Source: Trichoplax sp. H2 (Eukaryota). From it: DNA of 64,000 bases. Under the pieces are notes generated by a model. That model searched no databases, had not been told where the DNA came from, and saw only the letters and a program-made list of their open reading frames with translations. The first letter of the stretch is position 1. Every line of letters begins with the position of its first letter. Where the stretch lies: NCBI GenBank assembly GCA_003344405.1, contig NOWV01000020.1, forward strand, positions 496,001 to 560,000, in the 5' to 3' direction. A program made the translations under genes and the position numbers. Shown here in pieces: positions 26,801-37,093 of this stretch.

Positions 26801-29800
26801 ATTGTTGGAAATCGACTGAATGAAGATCATGTAGAGTGTGCTGCTACAGTTATTGACAAATATACGAGTGTGAGGGTAGCATAATGCCTATAAATTTAAT
26901 GTCTATTTCTATAATTTTCTAGAATTGGGTCATTTCTAATGCCTAGACAAATAAATGATTATAGGCTTCATCTATCCAATCTATCCAAGACATATTGATT
27001 AGAAGGAATGGACTATATTATCATTCATATTTATGTTATTCTCTTTAGATATTGACGAATGCAAGCAGCAATTAGCAAATTGTCTAAATACGTCATATTG
27101 CGTTAACACTGAGGGTTCCTATCTTTGTGAATGCTATCCTGGTTATGAAACATCGAAATGTATAGGTAATTTTTAGAATTGGGCATATAAGTCTTTCGCT
27201 AGAGATGTTGGAGTACTTTAAGCCTAATTGTAATGATCAAGGTTACCATACACGTTATATGAATGTGCTAATAAGAATTATAATGGCTATTTATTGCTGA
27301 CATTAATATTGTACAAAATTAATTGATTTATGAGCATAATTTGCTAAATAATTCATATTATGATGTATGCGACTTCTACTAAGTACAAACATGCAATGGA
27401 ATATAATCTCTTTAATATACGGCTGTACTATATCAACTTTATATAGTGTATGCAAAATTCATCAAAATGTAGTGATAAATTTAAATTTGAATAGCAATGC
27501 TATATTTTCTGTTATTAGCCACAGATTTGTGTTTTGTGGCTGTTGTAGTAAATCTAAACATGGATAGGTTGTATACAATTCAGTACATAGGCTTGCAAGA
27601 ATATGAAAGATTATTAATATGCTTTATAGTATTCAAGAATTAATTACTTGCAGTAATAAAATATTATTAGATAGCATTTATAGTAGTTGAGATATGATCA
27701 TATTGTGAATATTCGTAGTTTCCTTTACTTATATAGCGTTATTCCCTATATTTAGACATTAATGAGTGCGAAGATGATGTTTGTGAAGCTAATGCAAATT
27801 GTCAAAATATTCCCGGCTCTTATATTTGCACATGCAAGACTGGATTTGAGGATGATGGAGATGAATGTGTCGATATTAATGAGTGCTTGGAATCTTCAAT
27901 TTGTCCAACTAATACTAGCTGTCAAAATACCATTGGATCTTACAAATGTTCGTGCTCAGAAGGCTTTAGGATTGAGAATGAACGATGTGTTGATGTTAAT
28001 GAATGCTTGGTAGATGGATTATGCAAGGAAAATACCAAATGTGTGAATACCATTGGAAGTTATTCGTGTCTGTGTCTTGCTGGATACGCTGTAGATCTAG
28101 AGGGAGTTTGCAAAGGTGACTTTTACTCTATTGCTAATATTATGTTAATTATAATCTGTCAGTTTTCATATCAGAAATTATCGGAGAATTGTAATTGCTA
28201 TTTTTTAATGCTACATTATAAAGATTTGAACGAATGTGAACAGGATTCACATGAATGTGGTGCTAATGCTGATTGCGTTAATACTGTTGGCTCCTACGAG
28301 TGTGAATGCAAATTGGGTTATTCTTATGACGTTGATCAAATTTGTAGAGGTAACAACTTCAATCTTGACTGTAATACGTTGGATAATATTTGAAGAATCT
28401 TTGTAATTACGACGGCAGCTACTTCGCCATAAGAAATAAAATTAATGTAATCGTGATAGGGAGAACTTTAAATTGCAGCGCTAATATTGCATAGTACTGT
28501 ACTTTACATATAGTGAATCATCTTTTTAATTTCTTGCTTCTTTCAAAATACTATTAGACGTAAACGAGTGTAATAATGGCGAAGCTCAATGTCTTCCTAA
28601 TGAAGGATGCCGCAATATTGCTGGTTCCTATCTCTGCATTTGTCCTAATGGCCTAGATCAGTATGAAGTTGGCGATGGATTTTGTCCAAGCAGTACCGGT
28701 GTGCATTGACATTTACGCAACAAGATATGAAAATAGATTAGCTAGTTACGCTCTGCTCTTTCAGTATTGATCAAATTAATTAAATTAAATTAAAGTTGCA
28801 GCTATTAATTCAAATTTTATAATATTCGTTAATATGTTAAGGCTATCCTGCTTAGTAATGGTAATTGTTTATAACATGTCTTACCACGTAATCAACTGTT
28901 TCTATTGCTATTGCTAGTATCGGTATTTCTATGATAGAGATTTTGACTTAGAATTCTTTTATTTTAAAACTTAAAAGAATCTCGAAAAAGTAATTTCGTC
29001 TTGCCCCATTTTAATTGTTGTTTTTGATTATTGATGAAAGTAGAAATTATTCAGCGTATGAGAATTGACTAATTTTATAAATAAATTGACAACATCCATA
29101 GCATCTACTGGAACGGCATCTAGTCCTAAAATCATAACAACATCGACAGGCATTCGTGCTACTCCTGGTACTGGTCCACAAATTGGAGATGTAGGAACCA
29201 TTGTTGGTATTGCACTTGGATCGGCATCCTTTCTAGTGATGATTAGCTTTGGCATATGGAAAATTTATAAAGCCCGAAATCGATCTCGTCCGTTAATTAA
29301 CTTTGATCAGACAGTAAGTATAGCTACCGCAAATTACCTATTGGCTAGAAATTTCAAAGTATTGAAAAATGTTCTCTGAAGTTGATTTCCTGGAGAGAAG
29401 TTAAGAAGCTTTAAATTTATTGTAATCCCATAAATAGGAAATGACAACAACTGCAGCTTTTCCAATTGAGCTGGAAGTAGTGACTGATTTGCCTGAACGA
29501 AAATATCTATTATTGAAAAATTTTGGAATTGAGATCAATAAAACCATTGGTAGGGGAGCATTTGGTGAAGTCTACAAAGGTGTCGCAGCTATCAAATTAA
29601 ACGGCAAAAAATCTACGCATGATGTTGCTGTAAAGCTACTAAGAGGTGCATTTTCCTGATTATGTAGTACTTGTCAAGCGGATCACAATTATCACTACTT
29701 TATTATAAATTATCTATCATAAGGGAGGCTTTGCTGGATTTATGTTATTCTGAGATGATAATAGCAATCGTAGGAAGATAAATCTCCTTAGAGCTAAGCT

Positions 29801-32800
29801 GAATGATTTTAATGGCAATTTCTAGATACTGCAACCCTACTGGATGTAAGTAATTTTGCAATAGAAATTGAGGTCATGCAGCTGCTTGGAAATGAAAGTC
29901 CCCACATTATTAAAATGTTACATTGCTGCCATTCGTCAGGTAATTCAAGTATTGGAGTTACAGTTGTACATCTGCTGCAATATGGAATCTTGTCTCCTTA
30001 TGATACAATTGATATATGTTAATCTTTATTTGAGCCTAGCTTCAATACGATATTTTAAAAGAATAATAGGAATTATAAGATGTCATTTCCTCGTGTTGGA
30101 GTTCCTAAGTGATCACTAGAATCAAAATCGCACGAACTGAAGATATTTATGATACCACTACTCCTTAGAAGTAGGCTAGTTAGTTATGATGTAATCAGTT
30201 AATTAATAATGTAGTGGAATTCGTCCAAGATGCTACACTAAAACCTAGTTCTTTCCCATGAAAATACTTGTAGTGACGGATTAAAAGTAATAAATCTACT
30301 GGTACCAGACTAACAGTAAATGGCTATTAAGTACTGCCCAAAACATCAGTTGATTTAATTATAAAATTTCGTTCAATAAAAATTGAGATACAAAAATACT
30401 ATTTGAGGACCCTATAGAATTTCTAAAATTTTGCTGACGGGAAAATAGATTAAATTTGAAACCGTCAAGAATTGAGTAGAATATAAATATCGAAATATAA
30501 TTGCAACAACTTTAAGTAATTTTACTTATTGCATATTTTATTTTCTTTTATCATTAAATTGCGTACGGAAATTCTATAGAATTATCATATATCGTCATGG
30601 AATATGCAGAACATGGAGATTTACTGCGTTACTTACGTAGTCATTCTGGATTTGGAAAGGAAGGAGGATACGTTGATTATACTTATATTGCACGTACCGA
30701 CAAAGATTTATCTTCAACTGAAATGACGAAATTTATATGGCAAATTGCTCAAGCGATGCACTTTTTAGAATCTAAACTAGTAAGTCAACTGATTTTAGAA
30801 CGATTTACGGTTTTAAGATCTACATTGGCAAGAGATCACAGAAATGACAGTTAGAGGGGCTTTTTAAGTCCTAGTAATTTTGCATGATATACCGAGATAG
30901 CTCATCGTACGTACTGTATAGGTACTAAAGCTATTTATAGTACTAGCCAGTTACGCTTTTCATCAAATAAATCTTAACCACCTAAACTAAAATGAGATAT
31001 TTAATGATTGTACAGTTTATCTGAAGTAAAATATATTTTCATTAATAATGTCTAATTAAGATTAGTTATTATCTGCTTAATAGATAATAATTTATTCATT
31101 TAGTAATTTAGGGAAGGATGGTTGAAAATTGAATCATCTTTAAATTAAAACAATTAATATTTCAGTGTTAATCATCGTGTGAAGATGGTTGAATGTTTTA
31201 GATCTTCTTCAAAATACGTATGTAATGATTATGCTATAATTTATTCGTAGTGAAACATATAAAGATAATCAGGCATTAGATTACCTTCATACGGGAGGAT
31301 TGACTATCTAAGTACATATAAACAGATTGAATGATAGTCGCACCATTTTGTGATCTGTAATAATTCTCAACTTAAATAAGGTACTCAAATGATCAAATGT
31401 CGCAATATTTTCATAATATGAGACCTAATTACTCGCGAAATAAGGCTAAAACGTGGCTTAATGATAAATTAAACGATGATGATGATATAATTTCTGTGAT
31501 GTTTAATAACTCCAATAGTGTATGTAAATAGTTAGATATTGAATTACTTTCTTAATATAAGGTTTACCTGTCTAGTAGTTTTCAGCTTTTTACAATGGTC
31601 TATTTTATGAAATATACGAAAAAGACAAGATATTAAATTGATTAAAGTCAATAGCGTAAGCCTACTTACCTAAATATAATTGGCAAGTGACAGCAATTTC
31701 ATTTACAAACCGTCTATCGTCGTAGTAGGAGATCAGTTATTGTACTAAGGTCTAAAAAGAGAATGCGAGTGCTTGGAAACTAGACTTATCGGATCCATCG
31801 TAATGAATTGTTTGCGTGATATATTCGTAGATTATTCATCGTGATTTAGCTGCTAGGAATATCCTTTTAGCTACTGATAGCCATGATGGTATGGTTTGTC
31901 GTTTATCTGACTTTGGTCTAGCACGCGATGTCTCTAAAATTAAAGTATATCACGAAACCAACAAGGTTTGTACTTTCGTAAACGGTATTTCAAAATGAAT
32001 CTCTACCCACAACATTTACATTGATCCATCAGTATCGATACTGGTGTCTATAAGTCAAATAAAATGGTGATGACCATGTTTTATGCGGGTTTTTAGCACC
32101 TTTTATTGATATCTCTTATAATCATATGTATAATTTTATATGTTATATATCTATTGCTAAATTGTAATATCTATACTCTATAGGAAGTTAAGCTACCAAT
32201 GAAATGGATGGCTTACGAATCTATTAGGGAAAATCTCTATTCCATAAAAAGCGATAGGTATAGTAAATTCTATTTGATATCAAGTACGTTTTGAATTATT
32301 ATTAAGTAATCAGATGCTAAACTTTACATACTCAGGCTTGAGCTATAAGAAATTAATAGCTTATTTCAGAGTAGTTTAGTTAAGATTTTAAATAATTTGT
32401 ATGTTACCTGCTACTTTGGCAATAACATTTATGAACTTTCACAATTTAGATGGTCGTTTGGTATACTTATGTGGGAGATTATTACCTTTGGTAAGAATAA
32501 TTAGCAATGCTTTTGCTGATTATCGGCATAATTTGAAGCTTTTTGAAGGATAACATTCCAATGTTACGTTTTTATGGTCCAATTTTTTAGAAGAGAGCTT
32601 AACGTCATTAGTTGCATATAATTAATATAGCAATAATACATTATATACTAAAATTTAATAGCAAAATACTACTGAGATTTACGGTAAGCTGCCCTATAAT
32701 TAGTATTAGCACGAAACTGGCTTTTTACTCATGTAACTACTGGTTTGTAGGTGGGAGACCCTATTCGGAATTTCGTAATCCAAGACAGTTGAGAAGTGCA

Positions 32801-33285
32801 ATTATTTCCGGCCATCGACTTGCTAAACCGGATCATTGCTCTGATGAGATGTAATAAATAATATGATAGTGTAATTAATAGCACAGTTTTGATACATTGA
32901 GAGCACAAGGTATTTATTTTTCAGTCAGTAACCTTAATAAATAAACATTTTATTCTAAATCGGAATAGTTTTGAAATTATGACTTCATGTTGGGATGCAA
33001 ATCCTGATAATCGGCCTTCTTTCTCCACGTTGTTGGATAAATTGGATGAAATCATTAATGATACAGAGGTAGGCATTCATTTTTATTCTTAAATTTAACA
33101 TCATGGCGGCAAGAAATGATTTGATATGGTGTATTGATTATCATCCTTGTGTCAATTTGGACATGATATCATTGGATATTTAGGGGTATTTATCGATGGA
33201 TCAATTCGATCCAACCAATTATGTTTATCTTGATTTCGATGATGAGGATGAAAATTTACGGGAGGATGTTTCCACGCCGGATTAA
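20816..33285 (+). CDS. Receptor tyrosine kinase: signal peptide, 3 Sushi/CCP and ~15 calcium-binding EGF modules, TM helix, TK domain
   Basis: Signal exon 20816-20897 (MVPLRGVQLIWIIALIILPFL). Sushi exons ~22024-22190, 23691-23870 and 26283-26456. Many D(I/V)(N/D)EC EGF exons. TM IVGIALGSASFLVMISFGIW (~29200-29260). Kinase motifs IGRGAFGEVYKG, VAVK, MEYAEHGDL, IIHRDLAARNIL, DFGLAR, LPMKWMAYES, WSFGILMWEI, CWDANPDNRPSF. Stop TAA at 33283-33285. Confidence 0.92.
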
Positions 33286-35848
33286 GATATTCATCGACTA
33301 CTAAGTTTGCATACTGTATTATCATTATATAGGTAGTTTTTTGTTTAAAGTACGGTATGTAAAATTAATTTAAGTTTATTTAACATTTTGCGTTATTCTA
33401 TATTGAAGACCCATGTAATCAACGAGTATGTCTGCGTATTGCAAAGTAAATAATCACTGATTAATTATGGATGAGTTCTTTTCGAAATATTTGTTTTACA
33501 CTTTGATAATAAACGTGTTAAGTTCTTCATTAACAGTACGAGTTGTGCTACGGCATCTCAATCTTTATTTTATTTCATTCCATTTCATTGCAAATTAAGA
33601 TTACAAGTGCTATTAGCCAGGTTTTACATAATGTTTTTGTGGAATTGAGTATCATTCGACAGGAAGTAAAGATTTGTTAATGAGCTTAAAGTCTTAGATG
33701 GTTGTCAATATATTTAGCAGACTTTTTATCAGTAAAATTAGAAGAGAGCTGTACACGTATCCAATTACTATTATTCGATTAGCAATAAAGTTTTGTTGGA
33801 GATTACAATGTAAACTGGTCAATGGGTGCGTTAAATCTGTTAATAGAAGCTCGCATATTTCGATCGACAAGAAATATTTTTTAATCCTATTTATAATACA
33901 AAACTGTTTAGAGACGCCATTTATGCATTCTATGAATAGGCAAATAAGGATGGCTATTGAGTGGACAATCTCAACTTATTGGCCAATGGTAGTTATTTCA
34001 ATTATTATTTTGTTTTGTACAGGTATTGGTTTCCGTAATTCTACAGGCTATGCAAGACCATCAGTCCTTATTGTTGTTCATATTCAGGCGCCAAGATATA
34101 GGCAATCCTTCGATTTCGATATACGATATCATGCATTTGCCATCAGTATGCTATAAAGATATGCAAAATAAAAGCTTGCTTAGCTGGATTCCTATTACAA
34201 TATTATTTGATAAGGATTGTGCAAGCATCGTATTATAAAATGCCGTTGACTCATCATGCGTATAACCTCTATTTGCAAATAATAGTTATTCAGGATATGC
34301 ACGAACACGCGTATGCTGCATGTTGTAGGTGGCGATTTTTGCAATTGTATGCCAATGAATGTACTGTACTTGGCCAATTTTGGTGCACTGAATCCCAGTA
34401 GACTGTCCAGAGCTTTCTATCATGTACAGTTACAGTGCAATCTGACGCTAAAACATCAACTGTCAATACTCAGCGATACTAATGTCAGAAAAGTAGTCGT
34501 GATAGTCATATAAAATTTTTTATTAGCGAAATAACGATTACTGTAATCTTTATAAAATCCGGATTTTTTTTCGGGTTCGGATTTATGTCCGATATAATTT
34601 TCTGTTTTAATTTTTTTGGATTTTTGTTCATAAAAAATATCGTAAGAGTAGATTTTTGAAATTTGGACTTTTTGTTATGAATTTGAAACTTTGGAATTTT
34701 ATGACGTGACTTGAAGTCACATTAGGAGAATTTAGTGAGGAAAATAGAAAATAAGATGGAAATTGGCGGAGGTTGTGTTGATTGTTAAGTAGTTATGTTG
34801 TTTTTATGACTAAATCTTGATGTTTACAGGTTAATTTTTAGACTTTTATAGTGTGTTAATGATAGAAATTAAGTTAGAAGTGAAGTTTGATGTATTTTCA
34901 TAGTTAACTTGTTGGTTTTATAGTGTTTTGTAAGGGAATCGTAGGGTAAATTGTGTCTGAACTTTGAGTGATTTTTGTTTTCTTAAATGGTGCAAAGTAG
35001 CTTTCTAAAGCGGATCTTAAGAGCGATTGGCTAGCAAATGTTTAGTTTTAAATACCTCTGACGGCTCTACGAAGCCTATAAATGATAGCGCAATTAGAAA
35101 ATTTAGAGAGAGAGTAGAAGAAGATTTTATTTGAAGAACTTGTTGAATTTTAAAGGCCTTCGGGGTCGAATTGTCGTAAGTTAAAACATTCTTCTTTTTG
35201 AAAGGTTGTTTGGTCGTTGACAGTTTTTAAGTCTGTCACTTATTTTATTAATACTTAAAGCTAAGTATTTGTAAGGTTGTTCGGTTTATACTTCTCTCCA
35301 TTTTTGTTTTGCAATAAATTGTTGTTCGGTTATTTCCCAAAATTTTATTTGGTGTCAAAGTATTAGCGTTAAGTCGACCGGAGTGCAACGAAAGTAGAAT
35401 CAAAGTTTGTTAAAGTTTTGTAGCTTGGTCTCTACACTTTTCATTTCATTACACTCAAGCTATACTAAACTCTTCGAACAGCCTTATCCCTGTGTGACCT
35501 GAAGTAGTATAGGGCTACCACACAGTAGACCTCCAGAGGTAGTAGAGATAGGAATAAGTAATCTATTAGTTTAGTGTTATCAACACGATAGTGCATTGTC
35601 GTCATTAATCTTAAAACTATTTAACTATAATTGAATCGTATTTTATTCTACTTTCATCGATTTCAGATTTATTTCTCGTTTGACGACCCTGTACTCTTTC
35701 CCACTACTTTTACAGTATAGTAGCTGAAATCTTGTATTTCCTCGTTTTATGACTCTCAACGGCAGCTTTACAAATTCTCATCTATTATAATTCTTTTTTT
35801 TTGTATTCCTCTTACAGTCTACAAAGGGAAATCGCTCGTTATTGTAAA

Positions 35849-37093
35849 ATGAGCCAAGAGAAGCTTCATATTGAAAAAATATTTCAAGAAAGAGCTCGGA
35901 ATGACCTTAATTCCAGCACTTTGGCTAACACATTGGACCACAACATTCAGACTGTATTCAACAGTCCAGAAAAATTCGTTCTAGAATTACTACAAAATGC
36001 TGATGATGCTAGCTTAGGTGGTAATTTGGTCGATGTCTCATTTTTAACCAAGCAAGGTTATTTATTATTGTCACATAATGGTAAACATTTCGACGATCAT
36101 GATGTTGAAGCTATTTGTGATAATGCACAACAGCGATTTGATAATAAAAGAAGTAACTCAAATAAAACAGGTTATAAGGGCATTGGATTCAAATCAGTAT
36201 TTGTTGTGTCGGATTGCGTTTATGTTATATCCAAACATTATATCTTCCGTTTTGATCGTCACTACCCCAAATGGAATGCTGGTTGCCAATCAGATGCTTC
36301 TGGTACATATCCTTGGCAAATTATTCCAATTTGGACTGAACTGGATGATCTACCACAAGAAATTAAAATTGATCATTCCCAAGTTAATTTCTTATTTAAA
36401 CTTGGAAATAACTTTCACAGCGTTGAACAAAGTCTCCGTAATGTTCAAGAAACGCCCAATATGATGTTATTTCTACGAAATATACAATCTATTAATTTCA
36501 ATATAGATGGTATAGCAACTGAAGTCGCTACGCAAAAATCGGTTGGTATTAACACGCTCTATAAGCTTTACCGAGATGACATATTAATTAGCCAATGGCT
36601 GATCATAATTCACACCATTTACATTCCACAAGATATCAAACGAAGTCTACAACTATTAAATACCCATGAATGCCCAGAGAAACTAAAACAGGCGCAAAAT
36701 GTTATAATTAAGTTTCCCCTTCAAGTCCACGGAAATAACTCATATCTCAAACCAATCTGCGATAGTTCACTCGCAACCTTATTCTGTTACTTGCCAACTA
36801 ATTTAAAATGTGGCCTTCCATTTTTAACTAATGCTGATTTCTTACTAACCGCAGATAGAATGCAATTTTTGGAAAATGATTGGAATCAATTTCTATTTCG
36901 TCAAATTGGAATGATGCATATTGAAACACTAAGCAACCTTGCAAAAGATGACCAGTATCGTTATGATGTATTGGATCTCTTTACTATAGAGTTGCAGAAA
37001 TATTTTCTTGACTGTTGTAGGCAAGCTTACGCAGATGGTGTAGCAAAAGCTATGAAAGAAACTGCATTTATTCCATCGTACTTATACTCTTAG
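35849..37093 (+). CDS. Sacsin/NO VEIN-like protein, N-terminal GHKL (Hsp90-like) ATPase part; ends at an in-frame TAG
   Basis: First ATG at 35849 (MSQEKLHI). Motifs FVLELLQNADDA, LSHNGKHF, KTGYKGIGFKSVF, LFCYLPT..GLPFLTNADFLLTADR and WNQFL are typical of sacsin/NOV ATPase modules. No intron in 1.2 kb. Confidence 0.85.
   Translation: MSQEKLHIEKIFQERARNDLNSSTLANTLDHNIQTVFNSPEKFVLELLQNADDASLGGNLVDVSFLTKQGYLLLSHNGKHFDDHDVEAICDNAQQRFDNKRSNSNKTGYKGIGFKSVFVVSDCVYVISKHYIFRFDRHYPKWNAGCQSDASGTYPWQIIPIWTELDDLPQEIKIDHSQVNFLFKLGNNFHSVEQSLRNVQETPNMMLFLRNIQSINFNIDGIATEVATQKSVGINTLYKLYRDDILISQWLIIIHTIYIPQDIKRSLQLLNTHECPEKLKQAQNVIIKFPLQVHGNNSYLKPICDSSLATLFCYLPTNLKCGLPFLTNADFLLTADRMQFLENDWNQFLFRQIGMMHIETLSNLAKDDQYRYDVLDLFTIELQKYFLDCCRQAYADGVAKAMKETAFIPSYLYS

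Noticed and set aside
33698..34513. 152-aa ORF and small overlapping ORFs after the RTK
   Set aside because: No recognisable motif or convincing exon structure. They cannot be supported as genes, though not excluded.
36078..36464. Alternative-frame and antisense ORFs over the NOV-like, EGF and GID8 exons
   Set aside because: They are shadow ORFs of real coding sequence with no independent signal.
37091..37093. Selenocysteine or pyrrolysine recoding
   Set aside because: The codon is TAG, not TGA, and pyrrolysine is not known in animals.
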